DNA from: Octopus vulgaris
Taxonomy: Eukaryota
Assembly: GCA_951406725.2 (NCBI GenBank)
Contig: OX597832.1
Coordinates: 35,960,001 to 36,024,000 of the forward strand
Direction of reading: 5' to 3'
Length of the DNA: 64,000 nt
A program made the translations under genes and the position numbers. Positions 1 through 14,144 of this stretch are shown here, piece by piece; position 1 is the first letter of the stretch, and each line of letters starts with the position of its first letter. Under the pieces are notes generated by a model. The model was given only the letters and a program-made list of their open reading frames with translations, was not told the origin of the DNA and did not search any database.

Positions 1-805
1 GTTTCCACAAAAACTGTTGGCCGGGAGCTGCACAAAGCTGGATTTCACGGGAGGGCCGCAATCAGAAAATCACTACTTTCAAAAACAAACGTTGCAAAGC
101 ATTTAGAGGAGAGTAAAAACCTACAGAATTGGTCCCTAGAGCAGTGGAAGAATGTTATTTTCTGGGACGAGTAATCCATTACCTTATTTCTGATCACCGG
201 GCGAGTATACGTGTAGAGACAGACAAAAGAAGCATTTCACCTAGACTGCCTTCTTCCGACTGTTAAGCATGGAGGAGAATCTGTGATGATCTGGGGGAGG
301 GGAGGGGGGTTATATCTTGGAAATCCGGCAGCCCAATGGTTTTCTCTTCATGGCAGAATTAATAGTCAAGACTATTTGAGCATTTTATCTGATCAAATTG
401 ATCCTACGGTTGAGGAAATATTTCCGGAGGGATGCGCAATCTTTCAGGATGATGATGCACCAATTCACACAGCTAAAGTTACTGAATAGCACAAAGAACA
501 TTCAAGTGAAGATGAACATCTTATCTGGCTGCTGCAGTCCCCAGATCTCAATATTATTGAACATTTATGGTGCATTTTAGAAAAACAAGTAAGGAGTCGA
601 TATCCTCCACCATCATCACTACAAGAACTGGAGACTGTTTTAGCTGAAGAATGGACAAAAATTCCTTTGGAAACAATTCAAACTTTGTACGAGTCCATAC
701 CTCGTAGAATTCAAGCTGTAATTACTGCCAAAGGCAGTCCTACTCCATTTAAATATAAATTTGTCTGAAATTTTAAGTTGTTCCCATTATTTTGTCCAAC
801 CCCTG
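1..805 (+). mobile_element. Tc1/mariner transposon remnant (DDE region plus right TIR)
   Basis: Broken frames give Tc1 motifs TVKHGGESVMIWG, IFQDDDAPIHTAK, SPDLNIIEHLW and RRIQAVITAKG. Ends ...ttttgtccaacccctg followed by TA (806-807). Confidence 0.9.
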
Positions 806-1879
806 TATGAACGCATTTCTCTCTCTCCTCTCACTCCCCCCTCTCTCCCCCCTCTCTCTATAGAAAGATAAAAACAAGAATTTACATACAATGTCTTCTT
901 GTATTGTCTACGCATTAACAGAAAGTAAACTCTTCCGATTTTATTGGTAGAATAATTTAATAAGCTTAATTAGCTTGAAGAAAGCGCATGAACTGAGAGT
1001 GACTAGCATACCAATATTCCTTCCGGTTCTTTACGTCCTGAGTTTAAATTCTTTCTAGAAGTTGATGTAATGGAGTTTCAGTCCATGGGAGTAGAATTGT
1101 AAGTTCGTTGGTTGTTTTGCGATCTCTGTTCTGTTTCCTTCGGTTTCTGAACAGAAAGATCCCTTAAAAGGAAAACAAAACAGCAGAAGCTTGACATCCA
1201 TCCAGTCTTTGAATGGCGTTTTATGTCTCTTCAACAACATCGACTGACCACCACTGTCGAAATCCTGTCATGGATCGATCAAGTCTGCATAAGTGGAGCC
1301 GACAGCATAACGAGATCGGAAAGTATTCCCTGATTGTTGACCGAATATATGCACCCAGAGAAGTCGCACAACTCTGTTGCAGAATGTCATCAGAATAGAG
1401 GCTGTACGCATTCGACCAAATGGTCGTGTATGACTACATTTCTAGCAGGTAGTCTATTCTGCACTAACAACAGAGATGTTATCTTTCACAGTAATTGAAA
1501 TCAGTTACCCAGATGTCAGTATAATGTTAGAGGTTAATTAAAAACAGAACATCCCTACCGAACTGAGGAAAATTCCGCAGTTTCTTTATCCTGATCATAA
1601 TTTTCGATTTCTACCTGCAATTACCAGAGCAATTGACTACGTGACTAGTTACCTGCATAACAATCTTGAAAAGCTAAAATTCACAAAACCAGAAAAAACA
1701 CAGCTAATCAGAAAATTACAGCTAGAAGCTGTCAAATGTATTATTCAAATATATTTTAAAAATCCATGAACTTCACAATGTAATAAGATCCACACATGCA
1801 AAGCTATTCATACCTGCTCTCATGGGTGCATACATACGTATATGTGTACGTTGATACATGTTCGCATGCATATATACAA

Positions 1880-2120
1880 ATATATACAAGCATACATACA
1901 TGTAAACATAAATACACACCTACCTACCTACCTACCTACCTGTCTACCCACCTACCTACCTACCTACCTACCTACCTACCTACCTACCTACCTACCTGTC
2001 TACCTGCCTGTCTAAATACATACATATATGCATTTATGCATGCATGCATGAATGCATGCATGCATACATACATACGTACGTACATACATACAAACATACA
2101 TACATACATACATACATACA

Positions 2121-2154
<34 letters not shown>

Positions 2155-2242
2155 CATGCATACATACATACATACATACATATATACATGCATACATACA
2201 TACATACATACATACATACATAACATAACATATATACATACA

Positions 2243-2276
<34 letters not shown>

Positions 2277-2680
2277 CATGCATACATACATACATACATA
2301 CATACATACATACATACATACATACATACATACATAACATAACATATATACATACATATATACATACATATATACATACATATATACATGCATACATACA
2401 TACATACATACATGCATACATACATACATACACATACATACATATATACATACATATATACATGCATACATACATACATACATACATACATACATACATA
2501 CATACACACATACATACATACATACATACATACATACAAACATACATACATACATACATATATACATACATATATACATACATATATACATACATACATA
2601 CATACATACATGCATACATACATACATACATACATACATACATACATACATACATACATAACATAACATATATACATACA

Positions 2681-2714
<34 letters not shown>

Positions 2715-2907
2715 CATGCATACATACATACATACATACATACATACATACATACATAACATAACATATATACATACATATATACATACATATATACATA
2801 CATATATACATGCATACATACATACATACATGCATACATACAAACATACATACAAACATACATACATACATATATACATGCATACATACATACATGCATA
2901 CATACAA

Positions 2908-2940
<33 letters not shown>

Positions 2941-3072
2941 CATGCATACATACATACATACATACATACATACATACATACATACATACATACATAACAT
3001 AACATATATACATACATATATACATACATATATACATACATATATACATGCATACATACATACACACACACA

Positions 3073-3106
<34 letters not shown>

Positions 3107-3210
3107 CATACATATATACATGCATACATACATACATACATACAAACATACATGCATACATACATACGTACATACGTACATACATACATAACATAACATA
3201 TATACATACA
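1880..3210. repeat. (CCTA)n then ~1.2 kb (TACA)n microsatellite
   Basis: Seen directly; source of the HTYI/MYVC ORFs. Confidence 0.97.
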
Positions 3211-3849
3211 CACATGTGTGTGTATGCACGTATGTTTATGTGTCGGTAAAGCAGTCGAGTGAGAGTTTAGGGCGATTGACCAACTGAATTGCTGGAATTA
3301 TGACCACAGCATCGTGTCACGGCGCTTTACGTTTAGAGTTGAGATTACCTTTTATTCTTCTGTAGTCGACAAACTAAAGTAGCAGTCAAATGCTGGGGTT
3401 AATGTAACATGCTGTAATGCAATTGTTTCTCACAGGAATCTTGGTTGGATTGAAGAGAGACAAAAGCTATGAACAATTCAGATTGCTTTAAACATTTTAA
3501 ACTTGTCTAACACCACGGTGAAGGAAAACAGGTTAACTACAAATTGTATTTTATTGACTTCTTTCTTTAAAAAGTAGGGCAAGACATTTTGCTAGTAATT
3601 TTTATGAGGAATATGCATTCTGCTTTAGGCCAGTTTGAGAATCGTTGCTGCTACGCACTCTGATTGTGAATGGTTGAATAATACTAGTCGCGTTACTTTA
3701 ATCATGCATGTAGAGAAACAAATATTGTAGTATATACAACATAGTAGATACAGATTTGATTATTTTATGAGAGTAAATAAAGCAGTAACGATTATTACAC
3801 ACACACACAGACGTACGTACGAGTGTGTGAGTGTGTGTGCGCGCGCATC

Positions 3850-4403
3850 GACTCAGACTTTTGAAGACACAATGGGAAGTCTGCACGACCTACAGAGAAG
3901 CCTGCGCCAAACACTGCTGCCAGACACTGGAGGAGGCAGCAGTAAGTACAGCACTAAGTCAACTGCGCCAACTATTTTCTATCTTGTTGATGACATGTAG
4001 CTTGCGTGAACCTCACAAGCTTTGGGCGATCCACAAAACCAGCTCAGCAGAGGACATCTAGAAAGGATTCAAAGGTAAACCTCAGCGGAAATTGCCACGT
4101 TCAGTAACGCCATTTACAATGAAGCATTACTTGACCTGGACACCCGAGTGTAAGCTATGGGAGGTCAAAGCAATTCCGCGTTTGGTTAATAACTGACTTC
4201 ACAATTTGGGTATTTATAACTTATTGGGAATTCCTAAAAACAAGATCCTGTGTAAGACTGTTCAGTATTCTCTGTAAATGCACAAAAACCGTTTTAAGGG
4301 TTACATGTCTTTGTATTGTTGTTATCGGATTAGCGAAACAATTATGAGAGCGGAACCAAGGGATAAGCCCCGCTTTTCCGGGAATTACCGAGTATGACAG
4401 CTA

Positions 4404-4404
<1 letters not shown>
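3850..4404 (+). mobile_element. Helitron remnant: Rep-Hel fragment plus 3' terminus
   Basis: TYREAC...LEEAA...QLRQLFSILLMTC..P..LW..HK...EDI, then IYNEALLDL...MGGQS..FG, matches the Helitron Rep/helicase linker. Ends ccgggaattaccgagtatgacagCTAG|T (4401-4404), a Helitron-type CTRR end. Confidence 0.8.
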
Positions 4405-4460
<56 letters not shown>

Positions 4461-4490
4461 AAATAAGAAACAAGGATGTCCAGGTATTAA

Positions 4491-4577
4491 TGCACTACGG
4501 CCGTTTCAGGCGGCTCCATTTAATCGATCAATAAAAACATTACGTCAATTCGAAATACACCTCTCTCTTCAGAGGCA
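4491..4577 (-). ncRNA. Hammerhead-ribozyme-like motif (type I, Penelope-like)
   Basis: Minus strand: tgcct-CTGAAGA-long stem II-GAAAC-ggcc-GTA-gtgca. Palindromic stem III (ACGGCCGT); stem I has one mismatch. Confidence 0.5.
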
Positions 4578-5305
4578 GACGAACATATAGATTTCCACTA
4601 TAAAGGATAACCATCACCATCAACATCATGCAGGCCTCCACTATGGCCACCCCTCCATACCCCCAACTAATATCGCTACTTCCCAAAATAGTCACTTACA
4701 CCAAAGCCATATTTGACCCCACTAACCTTCCGCCATCAACACCACCACCATAGATACCTTCATCACAGACAACTCTCCATATCTATCTTTACAATGACCC
4801 TCTCGCCATGACCATCTTCACTGAGACTACGACGACAATCACCATTTAACATTAACATCACACTCTCATAGTAATGTCTTTCACCAATTTATAAAATGTA
4901 TTTGACCAATCTATAAAATATGGATGCTGTTGAGCTTTAAAAGAAATGCGGAGGCAGAATTCGAACGCGAAATAAAGAAATAACAAAATATTTCGTCAGT
5001 TTTTCCGTCTTACGTTATAAAGTTAGATTTATAATCTAAGGGAAGTTACTCTAAATTACAAGATACTGGTAAAGCAATTAGAGTTATTTCCCTTGAACGG
5101 TTTTGTAAACTCAAATTTCATAATTTGTATAGCAACATTTATAAAGTTAATTACCAATAGCACGTGTTTGTTGCTAGGTCAGTCTCATTTAAGTTCTTAA
5201 TTAAATTATGCTTATGAGAGCCCATCAAAAAGATAATTAAATTATACTGATAATAAAATTACTATTAATGCGAGATTAAACACATGTATCGAGATTTTTA
5301 TTCAG

Positions 5306-5515
5306 TCAATGTTTACGGCCGAAATGGACAAATTTGAAGGTAAGAGAACTGCAGTTGTTATCATAATGGACGACATGGGCGACTTGAGCCACCGGGGCCA
5401 CCGGGGCCACCGGGGCCACCTGGGCCACCTGGGCCACCTGGGTGGGATTGCACTTCATCTTTTTATACAGTCACTTCCTTCATTACATCCGGGCCATCAC
5501 GGCGGCGGAGGGTAA
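5306..5515 (+). pseudogene. Collagen-like Gly-X-Y segment, probably decayed, overlapping a 68-aa His/Gly-rich ORF
   Basis: One frame reads GRNGQI*R*ENCSCYHNGRHGRLEPP(GPP)5GWDC after an acceptor-like tttttattcag. Another frame gives ORF 5309-5515. Confidence 0.4.
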
Positions 5516-5580
5516 TTTTGCCTAATGGATGCTTCAAATGGAATCGTGTATACTTGTACCACCGTATGATTTGTTTTATA

Positions 5581-5970
5581 CTAGTACATACATACATGCA
5601 TACGCATGTATAAGTACACACAAACGCGCACACGTACACACACATTCACGCACGCACACGTACATACATACACACATACATACATACATACATACATACA
5701 TACATACATACGTTCATAAATACATACGTACGTACGTACATACGTACATACATACATACATACATACATACATACGTACATACATACATACATACATACA
5801 TACATACATACATACGTACATACATACATACGTACGTACGTACGTACATACATACATACATACATACATACATACATACATACATACGTACATACATACA
5901 TACATACATACATACATACGTACGTACATACATACATACATACATACAAACAAACAAACAAACACGCATA
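5581..5970. repeat. (TACA)n microsatellite
   Basis: Seen directly. Confidence 0.95.
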
Positions 5971-6115
5971 CATGAACAGGCAGGTGGAAAGAAGGGAGTG
6001 AGGGGGATGTCTCGAACAAATTTTGACTAACAAAGCTGAACTGTCTGAAGTAAAGCGTTCGACTCTACCCCCCACCCCACTAATGGCTGCTGAAATGTCT
6101 ACATTTGTCAAGGTG

Positions 6116-6336
6116 CTAGGACAATTCGGCCCCTGTTATTTTTCTGTTGTCCTCTGTCAATTCATCCTTGATTAATTCATCCCCAGGTCAATTCGTCGCT
6201 GGCCAATTCGTCCCCAAATACACTTAAATGTGATTTTCGAGGGAAAGTTTAGAACAATCACTTTACAATAAAAATTGTCGTTGGACAGTTTTAGGTATTT
6301 TTTCCTTTGTTTAACCCCCAGTCCCCTCTCTCTCTC

Positions 6337-6370
<34 letters not shown>

Positions 6371-6396
6371 CTCTCTCCTTTCTCTCTCCCTCTTCC

Positions 6397-6431
<35 letters not shown>

Positions 6432-6860
6432 TCCTTTCTCTCTCCCTCTTCCCCTTCTCTCTCTCTCTCTTAAGTATCTGCGCTGAACAGTTTACGAACA
6501 AAGATTTTCAAGCAAATCGAATTAAATTTATTCAGTATGCCTACACTTCAATATGACTACCTGCAAGATCATATCTTCAGAGAAAGGAAATATCAAAGTG
6601 GTCGATCAAGAAAATTATATATGCAAAAACATAAGCAGGATGCAGTTGGATTGAGAATATACTGGAGGTGTGAAAATCATGCGTGCAAGGCGAGACTTCG
6701 TACAGATGAAAATTATAAAGAGCTCAAGAAGATTGGGATCCACAATTACGCTTCAACTGCTGCAGAGGTAAATGCAAGGATAATAGGTCTGTTATGTTTA
6801 TATCGAATTGCTCTTTTTATTGAAATGTTCCAGCAGTATTCCTTATTTTTAAAAGTGTAA
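6116..6860 (+). mobile_element. Mutator-like (MULE) remnant with FLYWCH zinc-finger fragment
   Basis: ORF 6537-6860 has IYWRCENHACKARLRTD...IGIHNY (FLYWCH pattern, last His lost). Upstream repeated caattcgtccc-type motifs at 6120-6216 resemble MULE subterminal repeats. Confidence 0.7.
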
Positions 6861-7366
6861 ATACATGCTAGTTCTGACATGACTTTGATGCATACGTCAA
6901 GGCAATCCTTTATGCGGATAGCATTGTGAATAGTCTTTGCAACTATATAATGCCTCAGGGCAGTAGTGTCATTATTCCATTGTTGTAACATAGTGGTCTC
7001 TCTGATTTCATACCAATATTCCTTAGTATTTGTTTTGACTACCAACCCGATTTCCGTCCTCGCTCGATTTAAATATCAGCAAGGTGTTACTGTAGATTTA
7101 AAGACCTACAATTTATTACTGAAATTGGGTTCGCGATCTTTTAGAGTAATAAGAGATTCCCTTTTGGCTAAGCATTCTAATCTATCATTGATTTTGCTAC
7201 ATTTATCGAGGAGTTCAGCCTCATCGTTAATATCATTGTATCTATCTCTGTTAACTTTCTCATATCAATGGAAATGGTGTCATTCAGCAACTTATATATA
7301 TACCGTTAGTGACTTCGTTCAGGTTGTCGGTCTTATCAGAAAATACGAGCTTCTTTTTAGAGCTTT

Positions 7367-7716
<350 letters not shown>

Positions 7717-7910
7717 CGAATATAAAGGTAAATTTCCAAATTTGATTGATAGGGATGTGCAATCATAGCGGGTGCCGTATGCGCTTTCACCGGTTAATAA
7801 TGTTGGCTAACTTTAGTGAGTGTAGAAAAAAAATCCAGTTAGGTACAGAAATGGAAAGATGTGATTAACTGCAGAATTAAACTGGATATATAAATCTCTG
7901 TTCTCCTTAA

Positions 7911-8004
<94 letters not shown>

Positions 8005-8132
8005 AAGGCATTGGTATGTAGAAGACCCAAAGAGTGGCAGGTAACGCTAATTATGTGCTATGGACACACCGTAGTTAAACTCTTGATTCGATAATGATAC
8101 GAGTGAAGAGAATTTTAATGTGGCTCGTGTAA

Positions 8133-8165
<33 letters not shown>

Positions 8166-8943
8166 TGTATGTATGTATGTATGTATATATATAGATATAT
8201 ATATATATACACACAAAATGGGACAAGAACACAAAACATCCAAACAGGTGAAACAAGAAAGGGACAACAAAACATCCAGACAGACGATACAAATAAAACA
8301 AAGACGGCTCATTCGGAGTTTTCTTTCCTCAGTCGAGTCCCAGTTTATCTTTGCAATTTCGGCTGGATATACTCGAGATTGCTCCAATCTGGCCAGCCCC
8401 AAGGAAAAACTAAGCTAAGAGCATTAGATTCCTCGGAAGAAAGTAGCGAATGTTTACAAAAACAAGGATGGAAAAAAAAACAGAGAAGGTTACACAAATA
8501 CAAATAACAGGACATAACAACAGGTGTCTTTCAACTAAGGACGAATTGAATTAAGCTGGCGTGTGTGGAAGTAAAGCTTTACGGCAGGGATACAAAATTT
8601 CTCAGGCACAGGGAAGAATATAGATGTTGCACGGACAGCGGCTGCACCAAGAAAGAAAGGTCAGGCTTGGCCGAACACCGGTCACAAGGGGAGAGAAGAG
8701 AGAGAGAGAGGTAGAGGTAGAGTGACAGAAGAAATAAGGAGGGGCGCGAAAAAATGACAGGGAGACAGTGAAGTGAAAAGAGAAGGGAAAGTGAGGATGA
8801 AGAGAAGGTAATGAAATATGAGAGAGGGGGAACGAAGAGTGGAATGAACAGTAAGCGTGAAAGGGCTGACGGAAAGAAAGAAAGAATAAAAGAATCAAAG
8901 AATAGAGTCGTACAAGATTTAGATAAATATATACTTACATATA

Positions 8944-9004
<61 letters not shown>

Positions 9005-9387
9005 TAGTAATAGTAAGACAACAAAAGAATGAAAGAAACCTCGATATTATAAAAATAGAGGAATTTATCTGTAATATATGTGACAATTATTCAGTTGCCA
9101 TAACAACCTTCCGAGTTTCCTCCCCGTCTAACGGCGGGAGAGTCCGTCGCACACATATATATTTACACATATACATATATGTATGTATATATATATGTGT
9201 GTGTGTGTTTAAATATGTATATATATGTATATTATATATATATATAATATAAAAGAGATAATGGTGTCATTGAGACCCAAAGGTGTCAGGTAATGCTGAA
9301 TAAGTGCTGTAGACAGACCATAGTTAAGTTCCAGATTCGGTAATTTTGCGAATAAGGGAGTCACCGTTGGTTCTATGTCAGCTTGTG

Positions 9388-9615
9388 TATATAAGAATTT
9401 TTTGCGTAATGACATAAAAAACCAAGGCTGTATAAATATTACAGCATTTATGGATAGAAGGTCTTACAGCTGTTTCTAGGATATTAATCAATAATATCCC
9501 TTCATCGATGAAGGGATATTATTAATTAATATCCTAGAAACAGCTGTAAGACCTTCTATCCATAAATGCTCTAATATCTATACAGACTTGGTTTTTTATC
9601 TTATTACGCAAAATT

Positions 9616-9623
<8 letters not shown>
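9388..9623. repeat. Spacer-less ~235-bp palindrome
   Basis: Centre cttcatc|gatgaag at 9506/9507; arms are reverse complements with a few mismatches. Confidence 0.95.
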
Positions 9624-9654
<31 letters not shown>

Positions 9655-9894
9655 TTAATATATTATACGTGTGTGTGTGTGTGTGTATGATACATACATA
9701 CCCATGCATTTATGTCTACACTAGTAGAGAAATGTAGACAGAGTGAGGTGTTGTACTTAAATGTAAGAAATCAATATTTAAGCGCAGATCAAATCTTCAC
9801 AAAGCTAAAAGATGTAGGTGTGGAATTCAATAATATTAGATCATACATAATGCGGTCATCGTAGTTGTAACACACGAATTGTCATACATTATAA

Positions 9895-10056
9895 TATATT
9901 GGTTTCAAGTTTTGGCACAAGCTCACCAATTTTAGCACGCAGCTAGTTCTTACGTTATCGACCCCTAGGCGGAATTTGAATTCAGTACGTAAGATGGACG
10001 AAATGCCGCTAAGTGTTTATCCCAGCGTGTTAACAATTCTGCCAGCTTGTCGTCTT
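9895..10056 (-). mobile_element. tRNA-derived SINE family A, decayed
   Basis: Shares ggcggaatttgaa.tcag.acgtaa.ga.ggacgaaatgccgctaag with the other family A copies. Confidence 0.75.
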
Positions 10057-10540
10057 AATATATATATTAAGACTATTTTATATGTGGTCATGAGTTATAT
10101 AACGTATTACAATGTAGTTTGAACGATCGTTATAGCAATAACATATTACAAAACATAGATGCTGAATTATCATAATCAGTAAAATATATCATATTGTCGT
10201 GATAGTAGTAACACAATTAATTATAATACGTTGTAGATTGCCATGACAGGAGTAAGGCCGGAGACTGTCGCTGTTTTTGTCTGTTCTATGAAATCGTGCT
10301 TATGTCGGCTATAAGCATTTTTATCAGGGAATATTGACTACATGAAGAACAGTATGGTTACAAGAACGTGCAGGAAAGGAAAGATTGCACCTTTATTCAA
10401 CGAACTACAGTATATGGTTCCTCTGTTATTATCTTACAATACAAAAATGGTTTTCTGTTATCTTACAATACAAAGACGGTTTTCTGTCACAAGACACCAC
10501 ATTGTCGGCATTAATCCAAACTGAAAACGGGAAATGGAAA

Positions 10541-10572
<32 letters not shown>

Positions 10573-13500
10573 GTGAGTGTGAGAAAGAAAGAGAGAGAGA
10601 ACTGAGGGTGAATAATCGCATGCCGTACTTGAATGGGTACATTTTTTTATTTACTCCAAAAGAATGGAATACAAAATAAACGTCAACTAATTCCGTACTT
10701 AAAGTACTAATAGTCGAAACTAATACAAGGCATTCTATCCACTGTACTAATTAACTGCCTCTACAGTATAGTTGACGTTTTGAGTTCAAATCTCGCCCAA
10801 ATTAACTTCAATTTTGGGTCAACAAAAATATATGTCGATGATTTACTGGTGTGAATATCGCCATGTATAATATTCATGTGACATTGTGGCCAATTTAGAA
10901 ACCAATGTTTGAAGCCATAGATCTTTGTAAATCTCTGGTGATTTAGAAAAATCTGTAGCTGCTTCACTGACTCTCCAATTTTTGATCTCTAATTATAAAA
11001 CTAAACCAACTCATTCAACCCTATTCTGATATATCAGCAATTGTTTCCTGAGATTTTTTTTTTTACTGTAAATAGTTTCTGAATAATTCTAACATTACAG
11101 TTCACTTTTCTCTACATAAGTAAATACGACAAGCACAAATATATACACAAACATGTACACACACTCAGATTCACACATACACACAGAAATACATAAAGTG
11201 AAGTGTAATGTCAGAAGTGTGTCTGCCTCTGTATATATATCTTTGCCTTCTTCTTATTTATTAGCATTCTTTGTTGGAGAAGCGAGCTGGTTTCTGACAA
11301 AGAAACAAAAGCGCTGTCACAGGAATCTAGGATTAACAACAACGATCATTGTTACATGTCGAACTTAAGGAAGTTTTGCATATTTCTACTCTTCTACCGA
11401 TTGTATCAGTAAAGTTCGTGTTAGCTTGTCTCTCTTTTTGCTTGAAAATCCCAGTTTCTCCAGTTTATGGCTTAGGCATTTGCTAACATAGTTGAAGTGC
11501 GCTAATGGTTATTAGTAGGAATACAAATTTATAACCAGGATAGAAAAGCTACAGGTTTCGAAACAGTTGTCCTCGCTGTTTTTGGAAGAGATGTTCACAC
11601 CTCTAGGGCGACTAACCTCTGTGAGTGGACATGACTTTTGTTGCGTCTTCTAAAGAAGTATGTCAGGTCTGTAGCGTTTGCAGTTGGTAGAAGACTTGAT
11701 GGGATTGTACTACCAATATTTCTTGTACTGATATGTACTGATATGTATGTATTCCACAACAGAATATTGCTTATATTTACCCAAGGCAGTGTCTCCTCTA
11801 CGAATGGCATTGTATATTGTTGAAGCATGAACATCACGTCACAATAGGACGCAATACTTCCATGCCATTTTTGGGCAGCAGCTTATTACACGCTGATAAC
11901 CTTCTCGTGTAAAATATATTTCTTCGGGTCTTTGCTGAGATATGCGAACCCTGCACTTCTAGGTTCGTAATGGATGAGTGTTCGGGAGTGAGAGTTTCCC
12001 GAAGAGTTCACTGTCAACCTGCGAGTTGTTGTTTACTTCCTTTTCAGCACTTGGTAGATGCAATTATTTCAGCCACTAATGTTTAGTAGGTGTTGTCTAT
12101 GCGATATCAAACAGTATTCAAAAGCTGTCTGTACTGACATTAAGACTCCACTAGTTTTATGATTTCACCTCACGTTTTTATATTCTATATCATATAGCAG
12201 TATATTTTAAAGTCCCTATAGTCTTTATATCTAATTAAGCCAAGAGATATAACGCCACCGCAGCAATACATGTAAAGAATTTATACTACTTTAAATATTT
12301 TGCATTTTTTATCGGCAAATTATTGTCCAGCGTATTTGGACTTGGAACTTTGTGTCACGAAGGAATATCACTGTATCATTTAATATATTTCACTCTGTGC
12401 ATTTTAGTGTTTACTATATGTATGTAAATGTACATGTATATATGCACACGCACGCACGCACGCGAATACACGTACCAAATGTCCATACTGATATATATTT
12501 AAAAACATGTTGGCACATATACACACACACAGATATACAAGCATTTACACACATATACGCAAACACACTTAACACATACGTGATGACACAGCATCACTTA
12601 ATAATTCAATGCATTAGATTGATCGGAAACGAAATGTTTAAGTTTTTTTTTCATTCTAAAGAACGAAATGTACGTTGAATTGATGATATTGTTTGCGATG
12701 GTAGTGAGGTTGAGGGGATGCAGCTTCTGTTGTCTCTGAGTCTGCTATTAAGGGTGTGAAGATGAGGAAGGAAAGGAAAAAAGTGGCACTAATGAGGACC
12801 AGAAGCAACAGGAAAATACGAGACAATGGAAGGAAAAAATTCGAGGAAAAATGAAGAGCAAAAAAAAAAAAAAAAAGCATAACGATAGTTTGCTTTCGCA
12901 AAGTGCTGGGGTGAAAAAAATCAAGAATTTAGAAACAAAATATTCGTTCACCAAAAGCAATACAATGGGAAAGTTAAAGAATATCAAGATGGTAGCATGA
13001 CAGATATCACGAAATTATACTTGGAAATAAAAAATAAATTATATTGTGGTTTGAGCGAAATAGCCAACTCACTTTGCCAATAAAGTTACATCTTTTAAGT
13101 GTAGTCTCGTTATTAAGAAGTTTGTGTTGCAGAAGATAGTCAAATGGAAAATATATGGGCAAAAATACATTTAACGATAAGAATATAAAAAAAATAAAAG
13201 ACGGGGGTTAAAAGTACAAAAATATTATTAGATGGTTGATAGTATTTTAATAACAAAAAGCACAGAAAAACCCCCAAATCTGCGAACGTTTTGCCTGCCA
13301 ATGATTTATCAGTAAATTGCAGCCGTGTAGCTTTCGAAACATTTCCAGTCAAATCATTAAACAACCAAAAGGCATTGTATTTATATATTGATAAATATGA
13401 TGGCTACTGAAAAATTAAATTTGCCTGGAAGGCTATCAAAATGCTAATTAGACAGTTAGGAAAGTGTTTAATTATTAAAATCTTAAAAATTCAGACACAT

Positions 13501-14144
13501 AGTTAATGAAATACTATAAAACTTGACGACAAATATTTCTTTTAAAAATAAAAAAAATAAAAAAACAGTTTTAGAAAAGTTTCACTACTATTTGAAACTT
13601 TGTCAGCTGAGTGTAGACATTTTGTACTTTTTGTAATTTCTTGAAGTAGAATCTTTTGGTAAGTTGCTTATTACCCTGTGACCATTTACCGTAAGTGAAC
13701 GATTTTGTCTATACTTCTATGAAAGTAAGCGATCCCAAATATCTTGCATCAGAGAAATAAGTATCTGGAATATTCATTCCTTTCTTAAAAGTACTCAGCC
13801 ACTTACTCAATGGATAAGTGGTTCAATTCATTGAATAAGTTACATGATTAAACGTGTTACATAAACACACACACACACACTCATACACACGCACACACAA
13901 ACACACACGCACACACACACACTCATCTTCAAATTTTGTTAAAGTTGTGCTGTGGAGAAGAGTAAATCTGTTTGTCGCATCACACCGGTGCCATAGCCGA
14001 ATCGCGACAAATGTAAATATATATTTTTTTTATTCTCCGTGGGAAGAAAAATGGAACTACCCGACCGTTTTCAAATCTTGTTCGATCCTTTCAAAGAATA
14101 GCATACCTCCCGATCTTCCCACTGACATCAGCTATATATAGCTA

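Noticed and set aside
1200-1750. Decayed LINE endonuclease (IYAP, DYI and DH-like words)
   Set aside because: Too few and scattered motifs to call.
1796-3229. Long HTYI/MYVC ORFs (also at 5.6k, 28.6k, 34k, 47.8k and 49k)
   Set aside because: Translations of (TACA)n, open in several frames on both strands.
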